Shown here piece by piece: positions 10,276 through 20,588 of a DNA stretch of 64,000 nt (the stretch's first letter is position 1; each line of letters begins with the position of its first letter). Location: NCBI GenBank assembly GCA_963703315.1, contig OY969811.1, positions 4,416,001 to 4,480,000 on the forward strand, in the 5' to 3' direction. The stretch is from an uncultured cyanobacterium (GTDB lineage: Bacteria > Cyanobacteriota > Cyanobacteriia > Pseudanabaenales > Pseudanabaenaceae). Under the pieces are notes generated by a model. It was not told the origin of the DNA. It saw nothing but the letters and a program-made list of their open reading frames with translations, and ran no database searches. The position numbers were made by a program, and so were the translations under genes.

Positions 10276-13050
10276 TCATGTTTTCGTAAGTTCTGCTTGA
10301 TTAGAATCTGGAATGAAAACAGCTTTTAAGATTCCTTCCTCTGGATCGGGTTGCAATTGAAATCCTAATTTCCGACAGATAATTTGCATATTATGGTTGC
10401 TATGGAGAATATAACCAACGATCGCATCGAGTTTTTCCTCCTTACCAACTGCGAGAAGTTGCCGTAGTAACTCCGTACCAAGTCCTTGATGTTGATAGCG
10501 ATCGCTGACAATTAGTGCAAATTCTGCCTCATTTGTGCCATGTAACTTACTCAGTCTGGCGACGGCAATAATCTCATGGTCGGCGGTGTCAGGATCTTTA
10601 TAGTCAGCAGCGAGGACAATTTCGCGATCGTAATCAATGAAACAAATACGGGTTAAGCGTTCATGGGCAATGCGCTGCTTTAGTTTGACCATGTGGGCAT
10701 AACGCAAATAGACACTCTCTTCGGAGAGATCTTGATGGAATTTCACCATCAGAGGCTCATCTTCAGGACGAATCGGGCGAATCGTGAGGCGATCGCCTTT
10801 CCGTGATTGCCATTCCCGTACATACTTAGTGGGATAAGGACGAATTGCAGGGATCAGACGCTGGGCAATATCGACGGTGGTATGCAGCAAGACTCGCGCA
10901 TCTAGCGCAATCATTCCATCAGGGGAAACCATCAGAGGATTGATATCAATTTCCCGAATCTGAGGCTGTTCGACAACCAACTGACTGAAGTTAACCAATA
11001 ACTGCTCCAGTTTGGCAAGATCGATCGCCTTTCTACCTCTAACTCCTTGCAAGGCCTTATAGATTTTGGTCTGCTCCATCAACCGCTTCGCCAGCGTCGT
11101 ATTTAAGGGTGGTAAAGCCAAAGCTCGATCCTGAAAGATCTCCACTAGTTGTCCACCCATCCCAAATAACATCACTTCACCAAATTGGGGATCGAGACTG
11201 CTACCCAAGATCAATTCATAGCCTTCCATTTTCACCATCGGCTGCACAGTTACACCCAAAAAGGCAGTTGGGTCGATGCTCCGTACTTTAGCCGCAATCA
11301 CCGCAAAGGCACGACTGACGGCTCCTGCATCACCAAGATTGAGACGCACACCGCCCACATCGGTTTTATGGGTAATTGTTTCTGAATGGAGTTTGAGAAC
11401 CACAGGATAACCAAAGCGATCGGCAATTTCCACCGCTTCGAGATCACTAGTCGCAATTTCTGTCGGTACGGTGGGAATCCCATAGGCAGCCAGTAATTTC
11501 TTTGATTCATATTCTGTTAATAGACTGCGATCGCTATTAATTGCTGGTGCTAAGATTTTCTCGGCAAGCAGGCGATCGGGTGCGTGTTGATCAGAGTCCG
11601 CAGGTAAGGAAGGTGTTTCATAGATGCCGCGCAAGTTGTAGGTATACCGCCACATATAGTTAAACAAGCGTACAGCCGTATCGGGATAGGGAAAGGTGGG
11701 AATATTGGCTTGATTGAGAATTTGTGTCCCTGCGGCAATTTCGGCTCCCCCCATCCAACTGGATAGAATTGGCTTGCCTAATTGACTATAAGCCTTGAGT
11801 TGCTCCGCCGTTTGCGTCGGATTTGTCATTGCTTGAGGAGTCAAGATCACGAGCAATCCATCACTATTGGGATCGTTGGCAACTACTTCTAAGGTCTGGG
11901 CATAGCGATCGCTACTCGCGTCCCCTAGAATATCAATGGGATTGTGATGGCTCCACTGAGCAGGTAAAAATTGATTGAGTTGCTGAATCGTTTCGGGTGC
12001 GAGTTCAGAGAGTTCACCACCACCGCTAATCAGCGCATCCGTAGCGATCGCCCCAGGTCCTCCCGCATTAGTGACAATCGAAAGGCGATTACCTTTAGGT
12101 CTAGGCTGTTTAGCCAGAATTTCCGCCATATCAAACAGGTCAGAAATCGTATGTACGCGCAACACCCCGCACCGACGGAAAGCCGCATTTAAGACTTCAT
12201 CACTACCCGTCAAAGCCCCTGTATGCGAAGCCGCCGCCTTTGCTGCCGCCTCCGTATGTCCCACCTTCAGCACAATAATGGGCTTATCCATCGCCACTTC
12301 CCGCGCCGCCGAGAGAAAGGCATGGGCATCACCAATAGATTCCATATACAACACAATACTGTGAGTATGGGGATCATCACCGAGGTATTCAATCAAATCT
12401 CCCCAGCCCACATCCAACATCGAACCGATGGAAACGAAAGCACTAAATCCAACATTCTCGCCAATACTCCAGTCTAAGATCGAAGTACAGAGCGCCCCAC
12501 TTTGGCTCACAAAGGCAACATTACCCGCACGGGCGCTTGTACCTGCAAAAGTCGCATTCAAACCCGCCAAAGGATTCATTAAACCTAAACAATTCGGACC
12601 AACAATTCGCATTCCCCCTTTACGCGCTTCTGTCAAAATCTCTTGTTCTAAAGCGGCTCCTTTTTCCCCTATTTCTTTAAATCCTGCTGAGATAATAATT
12701 GCCCCCTTGACTCCCACCGCCACACATTCACGGATTACCTGTGGTACGGTCACCGCAGGAGTAGCAATGATCACCAAATCCACTACTTCAGGAACACTAG
12801 CAATATCAGGATAGGACTTGATCCCTAATATGCTACGACGTTGAGGATTGACAGGAAAAACCGTGCCACCAAAGGGACTGCGGATCAAGTTCCATAGTAA
12901 TGTTCTGCCGACACTTCCTTCTCTTTCACTTGCCCCAATTACCGCAACAGAACGAGGATGAAAAATACAATCAAGAGGATGACGTTTGCCTTTCCAAACA
13001 TCATGAGCAGGATCGCATACAGAATTTTGATTTTTTAAGTACTTATCCAT
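10276..13050 (-). CDS. Acetate-CoA ligase (NDP-forming)-like / GNAT fusion, Pat/PatZ-type protein lysine acetyltransferase
   Basis: '[10 protein letters not shown]', 'GPNCLG', 'SQSGA', 'SHTGAL', 'HKTDVGGV', C-terminal 'IRPIRPEDE...QGLGTELL' GNAT. Confidence 0.9.
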   Translation of the reverse strand: MDKYLKNQNSVCDPAHDVWKGKRHPLDCIFHPRSVAVIGASEREGSVGRTLLWNLIRSPFGGTVFPVNPQRRSILGIKSYPDIASVPEVVDLVIIATPAVTVPQVIRECVAVGVKGAIIISAGFKEIGEKGAALEQEILTEARKGGMRIVGPNCLGLMNPLAGLNATFAGTSARAGNVAFVSQSGALCTSILDWSIGENVGFSAFVSIGSMLDVGWGDLIEYLGDDPHTHSIVLYMESIGDAHAFLSAAREVAMDKPIIVLKVGHTEAAAKAAASHTGALTGSDEVLNAAFRRCGVLRVHTISDLFDMAEILAKQPRPKGNRLSIVTNAGGPGAIATDALISGGGELSELAPETIQQLNQFLPAQWSHHNPIDILGDASSDRYAQTLEVVANDPNSDGLLVILTPQAMTNPTQTAEQLKAYSQLGKPILSSWMGGAEIAAGTQILNQANIPTFPYPDTAVRLFNYMWRYTYNLRGIYETPSLPADSDQHAPDRLLAEKILAPAINSDRSLLTEYESKKLLAAYGIPTVPTEIATSDLEAVEIADRFGYPVVLKLHSETITHKTDVGGVRLNLGDAGAVSRAFAVIAAKVRSIDPTAFLGVTVQPMVKMEGYELILGSSLDPQFGEVMLFGMGGQLVEIFQDRALALPPLNTTLAKRLMEQTKIYKALQGVRGRKAIDLAKLEQLLVNFSQLVVEQPQIREIDINPLMVSPDGMIALDARVLLHTTVDIAQRLIPAIRPYPTKYVREWQSRKGDRLTIRPIRPEDEPLMVKFHQDLSEESVYLRYAHMVKLKQRIAHERLTRICFIDYDREIVLAADYKDPDTADHEIIAVARLSKLHGTNEAEFALIVSDRYQHQGLGTELLRQLLAVGKEEKLDAIVGYILHSNHNMQIICRKLGFQLQPDPEEGILKAVFIPDSNQAELTKT

Positions 13051-13227
13051 ATCATTCTCCGATTCAGGAACTTCCACAGATACTCACACTGTCCATCTAA
13101 ACCATGCATCTAATGGTTAGTTCCTTGAGATTAACGGCACAGAATATTTTTATTCTGTAATATTTAAGATTTTACCATTGCGTTCTAGATACTTTAACAA
13201 ACAGACAAAGAGCTTAACAATTGCCAA

Positions 13228-13309
13228 TATAGCGTTTCAGAGTCTATTGTTTCCCCGCCGAAGGCGGAGAAACAATAGACTCTGAAACGCTTGCTTAAAA
13301 AGCGCTATA
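13228..13309. mobile_element. TATAGC-ended MITE-like element with long hairpin (homolog of 14658..14752)
   Basis: tatagcg...cgctata ends; core attgtttccccgcc-gaa-ggcggagaaacaat. Confidence 0.65.
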
Positions 13310-13316
13310 GCTGATT

Positions 13317-13365
13317 TATATATTTTAGAGTGGCGGCGCAAAACGCCGCCACTCTAAAATATATA
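13317..13365. terminator. GC-core palindrome after the 13369 gene
   Basis: tatatattttagagtggcggcg-caaaa-cgccgccactctaaaatatata. Confidence 0.75.
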
Positions 13366-13368
13366 GCT

Positions 13369-13917
13369 TTATTTAGCTCGATATTTCACTAATAAAGTAT
13401 CTAACTTTCTCTTCAATTCTTCTGTTTTAGCAAAAATATGATTTTCAAACTCTACAGACCATTTGACCTGATCAAGCTGGCTCAAATGCTCAGGAAGGTA
13501 ATGCTGCTCTGATCTTGTGCAGTACATTCCCCATATCGTCGCAGATGTCATAAAGTTAATAAACGCAGGAGGAAATTCTGCTCCATCCATCAAATGTGCT
13601 TTGGTTTTGAGAATATGCGTAATTTCGTCATTTTGTTGTTTAAACAAAGCAATGATATCGCGATCTACTTCTTTTAAAGTTCCATTCATCCACAGTGGAT
13701 AAATCTCTGAACTTAATTTTAAAGATGCATAAATAGGACCATAGAACTCTTCTACTTGCTGTTTTCTAAAATCAAGATCTGCTTGAGCTAAAAGCATTTC
13801 TTTTTGGAGAGCTTTTTGCAGTCCTGTCTCAATAATTTTTTCAGCAGAGAATTTGAGAAATGTACCTGCCCCTAGAGCGCCAGCTAGAAAAAATCCTAAT
13901 AGTTGCGCGATTTCCAT
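13369..13917 (-). CDS. Hypothetical protein with N-terminal membrane anchor
   Basis: 182 aa ORF, hydrophobic N-terminus then helical region 'QQVEEFYGPIY'. Confidence 0.65.
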   Translation of the reverse strand: MEIAQLLGFFLAGALGAGTFLKFSAEKIIETGLQKALQKEMLLAQADLDFRKQQVEEFYGPIYASLKLSSEIYPLWMNGTLKEVDRDIIALFKQQNDEITHILKTKAHLMDGAEFPPAFINFMTSATIWGMYCTRSEQHYLPEHLSQLDQVKWSVEFENHIFAKTEELKRKLDTLLVKYRAK

Positions 13918-13938
13918 CTAGAATCTCTTATCTTTACT

Positions 13939-14304
13939 TCAGAGTACTTGAAACTTGGGATTATTTTTGAGAGAAGTGGCATCAAAACTATACGCCCAAT
14001 TTAAAAACTTGTCATCAATAATTTCACTCTGGGGTTCGATCAGCAGAGCTAAATAATTTCCTTGCTGCTTGATCACCACAGCAGTATATTCTTTGCCATG
14101 AATTACGGCATAGGTAAAATTTTCTACGGGTAACGAAGCTGCTAATAATGACTTTAAACCCAGCGCTTGGAAAATTGGTTGTACCCAAATGATGCTTTTA
14201 CTCCCATCAACAAGGGTGTAATACTCCTTAGGAAGACCGCTTAAATCAAAGGTTGCGGCTCCAAGGGTGTAGGCTTCAAATGGTTTGTTTTCTAAGGCTG
14301 TCAT
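13939..14304 (-). CDS. Hypothetical protein, possible roadblock/profilin-like fold
   Basis: 121 aa; 'LGAATFDLSGLP' followed by a helix and three short strands. Confidence 0.55.
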   Translation of the reverse strand: MTALENKPFEAYTLGAATFDLSGLPKEYYTLVDGSKSIIWVQPIFQALGLKSLLAASLPVENFTYAVIHGKEYTAVVIKQQGNYLALLIEPQSEIIDDKFLNWAYSFDATSLKNNPKFQVL

Positions 14305-14657
14305 ATTTATGATGGCAATTAATCGACTCGTTTCATTGAGTTAATGAAGACTGAGTGTTTAAAAATTAGTTTTTTAATCAGTTATTTTGGCGATCGCGAC
14401 GTAAGCTTGCATTTCTCCCTTAACCTTAATCATTATCGTGCGGCGATCGGCAAAACGATATTTATTTTGCAAGATTATATAACTTGATTACAGGCTGTCA
14501 TGCCGTCCCCCCACTTCATCGGTTTGCAATGTCATCATTGGGTGAAATTGTAAACTCCTTTGTTTTTGACGAATCAAATCTGCGACAAGTTTCAAATTTT
14601 TAAGCAACTTTATTCAATCGTAGCCATGTAATCATAGCAACCGTCATAGTGCTTAGA

Positions 14658-14752
14658 TATAGCGCTTTTCAAGCAAGCGAGTTATATAGGATTGTTTCCC
14701 CGCCGAAGGCGGGGAAACAATCCCGTACTTCACTAGACTGAAAAGCGCTATA
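14658..14752. mobile_element. IS630-like MITE with TA target duplication
   Basis: TA-tagcgcttttca...tgaaaagcgcta-TA; central hairpin; intact copy of the target context (agtgcttagataaaca) lies immediately to the right. Confidence 0.75.
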
Positions 14753-14798
14753 AACAAGTGCTTAGATAAACAAAAGGGGCGCAACGCCCCCCTTTTGT

Positions 14799-16157
14799 TT
14801 ATCTTAATGCTGAGTTTTTGGACTTTTCGATTTCGCGATCTTTTTTGCCGCGCCAGATAAATCGCAGAGGTGTACCTTCAAAACCTAAGGACTTACGAAA
14901 TTGATTTTCGATATAACGCTTATAGTTGTCGTTAAAACGATGAGGATCGTTGACAAAAAGAATCACTGTAGGAGGGCTGTCGGAAATTTGGGTGCAGTAA
15001 TAGACTTTACCTTGCTTACCACCACGACTGGTGGGAGGTGCGTGCCATGTGATTGCCTCAGTCAGTGCTTCATTTAAGATGGCAGTGGGGACTCGGCGTT
15101 TGTGCTGCTCAGCAGCGATATCTACGCGATCGAGGATTTGGGTCACGCGCTGACCTGTGAGCGCACTGACAAAGATAATCGGCGCATAATCTACAAACAT
15201 GAGGCGATTTTTGACTTCCGCCGTGTAGTCATAAATGGTGTAGGAATCTTTTTCGATCGCATCCCATTTATTGACCACAATTACGCAAGCTTTGCCTTCG
15301 TCGTTAATTCTGCCAGCCAGCTTTTGATCTTGATCGGTAACACCATCAAGGGCATCAATTACCAATAAAACCACATCAGAACGCCCGATCGCTTTAAAGG
15401 CACGGTTAATACTAAAAAATTCGATGCCGTAATCAATGTTCTTTTTGCGGCGTACACCTGCGGTATCAATTAGGCGATATTTTTTACCATCGCGCTCAAC
15501 GGACATATCGATCGCATCGCGGGTTGTGCCAGAGATGGGGCTGACAATACTGCGATTTTCGCCGATGAAGGAATTTAAGAGGCTGGATTTGCCAACGTTC
15601 GGACGACCAATAATCGCCACTTTAATTTCATCACTTTCTTTGATGACTTCTTCAGGGGGTGGTAAATGCTTGACTAATTCATCGAGTAATTCGCCCGTAC
15701 CGTTACCATGAATGCCTGACATGGGAATCGGTTCGCCTAAACCCAGATTCCAAAATTCGGCGGCTAAGGACAGTCCATATTTAGAGCCTTCGCACTTGTT
15801 AACTGCTAATAGTACAGGGATATTTTGTCGCCGTAACCAGCCCCCCAGTTGCTCATCAGCATCGGTAATGCCTGCCATGCCATCAACTACAAAAATTACC
15901 GCCGCAGACTCACGAATGGCGATCTCCGCCTGTTCACGAATCATCGGTAAAAATTCAGTCTCATCATCAAATACTAAGCCGCCCGTATCTACGACTTGAA
16001 ATTCATGCGCTCCCCAAAAACATTCGCGGTAAACGCGATCGCGGGTTACACCTGGTTGATCGTAGACGATCGCATATTGCTCACCCGACAAGCGGTTTAC
16101 GAGCGTAGATTTGCCCACATTGGGGCGACCGACAACGGCAACAATCGGTAGGGGCAT
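14799..16157 (-). CDS. der: Ribosome biogenesis GTPase Der (EngA)
   Basis: Two 'GRPNVGKS' P-loops, 'DTGG'/'DTAG', 'NKWD', C-terminal KH-like 'GFEGTP'. Confidence 0.97.
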   Translation of the reverse strand: MPLPIVAVVGRPNVGKSTLVNRLSGEQYAIVYDQPGVTRDRVYRECFWGAHEFQVVDTGGLVFDDETEFLPMIREQAEIAIRESAAVIFVVDGMAGITDADEQLGGWLRRQNIPVLLAVNKCEGSKYGLSLAAEFWNLGLGEPIPMSGIHGNGTGELLDELVKHLPPPEEVIKESDEIKVAIIGRPNVGKSSLLNSFIGENRSIVSPISGTTRDAIDMSVERDGKKYRLIDTAGVRRKKNIDYGIEFFSINRAFKAIGRSDVVLLVIDALDGVTDQDQKLAGRINDEGKACVIVVNKWDAIEKDSYTIYDYTAEVKNRLMFVDYAPIIFVSALTGQRVTQILDRVDIAAEQHKRRVPTAILNEALTEAITWHAPPTSRGGKQGKVYYCTQISDSPPTVILFVNDPHRFNDNYKRYIENQFRKSLGFEGTPLRFIWRGKKDREIEKSKNSALR

Positions 16158-16250
16158 GGCTTTACAGTTTTGGAATTCCGAACTCATTAATATAGCTTTA
16201 AATTAATGCGATCGTCAATACCCTAATAAGATTTAGGGCGTGGCACTTTG

Positions 16251-16365
16251 TATAGCTGTCGCCAAGTGTATCAGGACATAAAACCCAAAAGAGAGTTGCG
16301 GCGCTTCGCGCCGCAACTCTCTTTTGGGTTTTGATTTTGTCCTAACATGACTGGCGGCAGCTATA
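16251..16365. mobile_element. TATAGC-ended MITE (115 bp) carrying a GCGGCGC-core hairpin
   Basis: TIR tatagctgtcgcca / tggcggcagctata; internal aaaacccaaaagagagttgcggcgc-ttc-gcgccgcaactctcttttgggtttt. Confidence 0.75.
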
Positions 16366-16419
16366 CAAATCCTTAACCTTACTCAGGTAAGCTAAGCGTG
16401 TAGAAAATTGTGTACCAAA

Positions 16420-17334
16420 ATGTCGTTTATCGTTTCCACGATCGCCTCATTAGCTTCAATCTTGGTCTTTCTCAATAGTCAACGCCTAGTCGATCACCGC
16501 CCCACTCAATTAATAATTAAGGCGATCGCAGGATTGATTGCCTTGATTACCACTGTCCATGCTCTGAGCCGTTTATTGGTGGTCATTCCTGCGGGAACTG
16601 TTGGGGTAGAAGATTTTCAGGGTAAAGTCAGCGAACGGACTCTCCCCGCAGGTGTCCATGTAATTAATCCATTTGCGGATGTGGTGCAATTTTCCACCAG
16701 ATTGCGCGATCTTAAAGAAGAAATTGCGGCAACCTCCAAAGAAGGATTAGCACTGGGGATTGATGTCAGTATTCAATATCGGGTTGATCCTGCAAAGGCA
16801 GCAAGTATTTATCAAAATATTGGCATCGAAGAGCGGGAAATTGTCGTTTCTCGATTTCGGGCGATTTCACGGGAAATTGTTTCTGGATACCATGCTGAAG
16901 ATGTCTATGCCGCTAAACGCGAAGAAATCAGCTTAAAACTTGCCGAGAAATTGCGATCGCAACTTGCACCCATTGGTTTTATCGTTGATGAAGCGCTCCT
17001 CCGCAATGTGAAAGTCCCTGAAACCCTGCAAGCAGCAATTCAGCAACGACTCAAGGCAGAACAAGAAAACCTGCAAATGAAATTTATCTTAGAAAAGGAA
17101 AAACAAGAAGCCGATCGCAAACGTATTGAGGCAAAAGGCAGTGCTGATGCTCAAAAGATTTTGGCGGAAGGGTTAACACCTGCGGTATTGCAATTACGAG
17201 CGATCGAGGCGACCGAAAAACTAGCCCAATCGCAAAACTCGAAATTGGTAATCTTGGGCAATAGTCAAAATACGCCCCTAATCTTGCCTGTTGATCGAGA
17301 GACGAGTAAAGCCATTGCGCCCACACAACCATAA
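16420..17334 (+). CDS. SPFH/prohibitin (band 7) family protein
   Basis: 'VIPAGTVGV', 'SKEGL', 'AIQQRLKAEQ', 'EADRKRIEAKGSADAQ'. Confidence 0.9.
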   Translation: MSFIVSTIASLASILVFLNSQRLVDHRPTQLIIKAIAGLIALITTVHALSRLLVVIPAGTVGVEDFQGKVSERTLPAGVHVINPFADVVQFSTRLRDLKEEIAATSKEGLALGIDVSIQYRVDPAKAASIYQNIGIEEREIVVSRFRAISREIVSGYHAEDVYAAKREEISLKLAEKLRSQLAPIGFIVDEALLRNVKVPETLQAAIQQRLKAEQENLQMKFILEKEKQEADRKRIEAKGSADAQKILAEGLTPAVLQLRAIEATEKLAQSQNSKLVILGNSQNTPLILPVDRETSKAIAPTQP

Positions 17335-17379
17335 AAAGTAGAGTTGCGGCGCTTCGCGCCGCAACTCTACTTTTTATGG
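17329..17379. terminator. 24-bp-arm GC-core palindrome overlapping the SPFH stop codon
   Basis: ccataaaaagtagagttgcggcgc-ttc-gcgccgcaactctactttttatgg. Confidence 0.8.
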
Positions 17380-17492
17380 CTTTTTTGCAGATTACTGATA
17401 GGTGAGGTTACTCAAACTGTTAAAATTTTTTGAAGGTTTAAATACATTACTTTACGATTTTTAGTCATAAAGCTTAAATAGGATCGCAAATA

Positions 17493-18536
17493 GTGAGAAT
17501 TGCCGTAGATGCGATGGGTGGAGACTTTGCCCCACGCGAAGTGATTGAAGGAGCAATACTAGCTCAGACTCAGTTAGGTGTAGATATAGCGCTAGTTGGC
17601 GATCGCGATATTCTCGCGAACTACCTCAAGCAACATAACTATCAAGAAAGCGATCGCCTAGAGATCGTGCCATCAGAAGGCATCATCGAAATGGATGATG
17701 AACCCCTTGAAGGATTGCGCCGCAAGCCCAACTCCTCGATCGCCGTTGCTATGAATTTAGTTAAGCGCAAGCAAGCGGATGCTGTGATTTCCGCAGGACA
17801 TTCTGGTGCAGCGATGGCAGCCGCGCTCTTGCGACTAGGGCGCTTATCTGGTGTAGATCGTCCTGCGATCGGGGCATTATTTCCCACACAGGTTCCCCAT
17901 AAGCCTGTCTTATTGCTAGATGTTGGTGCAAATGTGGACTGTCGCCCGAAGTTCTTAGAGCAGTTTGCAATTATGGGATCGCTCTATAGCAAATATGCGA
18001 TCGGGATCCAAGAACCCAAAGTTGGCTTGCTCAACATCGGTGAAGAGGATTGTAAGGGCAACGAACTCGCAATTCGGGTGCATCAAATCCTCAAAGAAAA
18101 TCAGCAAATTTTGTTTGCTGGCAATGCCGAAGGTCGCGATATTCTCAAAGGTCAGTTTGATGTGATCGTCTGTGATGGTTTTGCAGGTAACATCGTATTG
18201 AAATTTGCAGAAGGCGTGGGTAGTGCCGTCATGCAAATTCTCAAAGAAGAATTGCCTAAGGGCTGGCGCGGCAAACTCGGTGCATTAATTTTGAAGCCTA
18301 ACCTCAAAAAAGTTAAAGAACGCATTGATGCCGATGAGTATGGCGGGGCGTTATTGCTTGGGGTTGCAGGTGTATGTGTGATTAGTCACGGTAGTTCCAA
18401 TGCCATCAGTATTCGCAATGCCATCCGTGTTGCCAAAGACGCTGTTGACAATGAAGTACTCGATCGCATCCGTAGTCAAATCAAGCCTAAAGTTGCTGTT
18501 CCTGCGGATGACACCCCTGACGATCCGCCGACTTGA
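17493..18536 (+). CDS. plsX: Phosphate acyltransferase PlsX
   Basis: 'IAVDAMGGDFAP', 'LLLDVGANVD', 'CDGFAGN', 'SHGSS'. Confidence 0.97.
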   Translation: MRIAVDAMGGDFAPREVIEGAILAQTQLGVDIALVGDRDILANYLKQHNYQESDRLEIVPSEGIIEMDDEPLEGLRRKPNSSIAVAMNLVKRKQADAVISAGHSGAAMAAALLRLGRLSGVDRPAIGALFPTQVPHKPVLLLDVGANVDCRPKFLEQFAIMGSLYSKYAIGIQEPKVGLLNIGEEDCKGNELAIRVHQILKENQQILFAGNAEGRDILKGQFDVIVCDGFAGNIVLKFAEGVGSAVMQILKEELPKGWRGKLGALILKPNLKKVKERIDADEYGGALLLGVAGVCVISHGSSNAISIRNAIRVAKDAVDNEVLDRIRSQIKPKVAVPADDTPDDPPT

Positions 18537-18608
18537 TCCTAGTTAGGTTTGCGCCGAAGGGTAAAACCTAACTTTCTTAGCCAGCCATTCTGAATGTAAA
18601 TATAGCCC

Positions 18609-19592
18609 ATGACTTATACTGAATCTTCTCTCCTTGGAGTACGTTTTATTGGTAGCGGTTCTGCTGTTCCCGATCGCGTACTTACCAATCACGATCTCGC
18701 CCAAATGGTTGACACCACTGACGAGTGGATCGCCTCACGTACAGGCATTAGAGAACGTCATATTGCCGATGGTGAGACTGATTCAGTAGCAAATCTGGCG
18801 GCACTAGCTGGACAAAAGGCGATCGCGGCGGCAGGATTAACGCCCCAAGATATTGACCTGATTATTTTGTCAACTTCAACTTCTGATGACCTGTTTGGGA
18901 CAGCAGGAAGAGTCCAAAAAATCTTAGGGGCGGAACGAGCGGTCGCTTTTGACTTAGTGGCAGCTTGTTCAGGCTTTGTGTTTGGACTAGTCACCGCTTC
19001 GCAATATATTCGTACTGGGCTTTACAAAAATGTCTTGCTGATTGGGGCAGATGTGTTATCGCGCTGGGTCGATTGGCAAGATCGGCGCACCTGTATTTTG
19101 TTTGGTGATGGTGCGGGGGCGATCGTTTTGCAAGCGACAAATCAAGAGCATCCCCAAAATAATCTCTTAGGCTTTGAGATGCGAAGTGATGGCAAAGGTA
19201 ATGATCTGCTGAATATCAACTATTTAGGACGCAGCACCTTTGAGCCAATTACGATGAATGGACAGGAGGTTTATCGTTTTGCAGTGCGGCGTGTGCCAGA
19301 AGTAATCGAGAAATCACTGCACTACGCCAATCTCGAAGTTCATGATCTAGACTGGCTGATTTTGCACCAAGCCAATCAACGCATTATCGATGCAGTAGTT
19401 AATCGTTTTGGGATTGATCCTGCTAAGGCAGTCAGCAATATGGGCAAGTATGGCAATACTTCCGCCGCCTCGATTCCGATCGCCCTTGATGAGTGGGTAC
19501 AAGCAAATAAAATCCAAAAAGACCATTTAATTGCGATCGCTGGTTTTGGTGCTGGCTTAAGTTGGGGTTCGGCAGTATTTCGTTGGGGATAA
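18609..19592 (+). CDS. fabH: Beta-ketoacyl-ACP synthase III
   Basis: 'AACSGF', 'FGDGAGA', 'HQANQRI', 'GNTSAASIP'. Confidence 0.97.
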   Translation: MTYTESSLLGVRFIGSGSAVPDRVLTNHDLAQMVDTTDEWIASRTGIRERHIADGETDSVANLAALAGQKAIAAAGLTPQDIDLIILSTSTSDDLFGTAGRVQKILGAERAVAFDLVAACSGFVFGLVTASQYIRTGLYKNVLLIGADVLSRWVDWQDRRTCILFGDGAGAIVLQATNQEHPQNNLLGFEMRSDGKGNDLLNINYLGRSTFEPITMNGQEVYRFAVRRVPEVIEKSLHYANLEVHDLDWLILHQANQRIIDAVVNRFGIDPAKAVSNMGKYGNTSAASIPIALDEWVQANKIQKDHLIAIAGFGAGLSWGSAVFRWG

Positions 19593-19625
19593 ACAAAATT
19601 TATTAGTTATATCGTTAGTTGCCAA

Positions 19626-19702
19626 AGATCCCCCCCAGCCCCCCTTAAAAAGGGGGGAGAATTCTCTTCTTCCCCCTTTTTAAGGGGGATTGAGGGGGAT
19701 CT
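19626..19702. repeat. C/G-run REP-like composite hairpin
   Basis: agatccccc...ccccttaaaaagggg...cccctttttaagggg...gggggatct. Confidence 0.7.
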
Positions 19703-19805
19703 ATACTCTGAAACAAAGACAGAGAGACTTGTATATACACGGTAGCTTCTTTTGTTTATGACCATAGTAAAATTGTATTTCTAAGACAAGATTCCCCAGT
19801 AAACA

Positions 19806-20540
19806 ATGACCTTGCAAACCGACATTGACAACGCCGCCGCTCAACTCAGAGGCAAAACCCCTCAAGAAGTTCTCACATGGGCGCTCGGTAACTACCAAAA
19901 TATCGCCCTTGCCTCTAGTTTTGGAGCCGAAGATGTCGCCTTGATCGATATAATCGCCAAAATTAAACCCGATGCCCATGTATTTACGCTCGATACAGGT
20001 CGTCTCAATAGCGAAACCTATGACGTAATCGCCAAAGTCCAACAAAAATATCCTCAACTACAATTGCGAATTATGTTCCCACAGGCAGAAGCAGTGGAGC
20101 AGATGGTCAGTGAGAAAGGGATTAATCTTTTCTATGACAGTGTGGAAAATCGTAAGCAATGTTGTTATATCCGTAAAGTCGAGCCATTGGGTCGGGCAAC
20201 TAAAGGTCTTGACGCATGGATTACAGGACTACGCCGTGATCAAACTGCTAACCGTTCGACGATGGAAACTGTTGAATTAGACGGCGATCGCCAAATTGCG
20301 AAGATCAATCCCTTGATTGATTGGACAAATGAGCAGGTTTGGGAATACATTCGTGCTAATGATGTTCCTTATAACGCTCTCCATGACCAAAACTTCCCTA
20401 GCATTGGTTGTGCGCCCTGCACCAGAGCCGTCCAAGCAGGAGAAGATCTGCGTGCTGGTCGTTGGTGGTGGGAAATGAGCAATCAAGAATGTGGCTTACA
20501 CGTCAACAGTGATGGTCAATTGGTAAGAGCAAAAGGTTAA
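19806..20540 (+). CDS. cysH: Thioredoxin-dependent APS/PAPS reductase with Fe-S Cys motifs (APS-reductase type)
   Basis: 'LDTGRL', 'QCCYIRKVEPL', 'SIGCAPCT', 'RAGRWWWE', 'ECGLH'. Confidence 0.93.
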   Translation: MTLQTDIDNAAAQLRGKTPQEVLTWALGNYQNIALASSFGAEDVALIDIIAKIKPDAHVFTLDTGRLNSETYDVIAKVQQKYPQLQLRIMFPQAEAVEQMVSEKGINLFYDSVENRKQCCYIRKVEPLGRATKGLDAWITGLRRDQTANRSTMETVELDGDRQIAKINPLIDWTNEQVWEYIRANDVPYNALHDQNFPSIGCAPCTRAVQAGEDLRAGRWWWEMSNQECGLHVNSDGQLVRAKG

Positions 20541-20588
20541 AAGATAAATGCGGCGCGTTGCGCCGCATTTATCTAATTATGGAGAGCT

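Noticed and set aside
14480..14560. c-di-GMP-I-like riboswitch or 20-codon ORF on the minus strand (gcaaaccgatgaagtgggggacgg...gacagcc)
   Set aside because: The putative stem pairs poorly and the second stem is missing; the small ORF has no supporting evidence.
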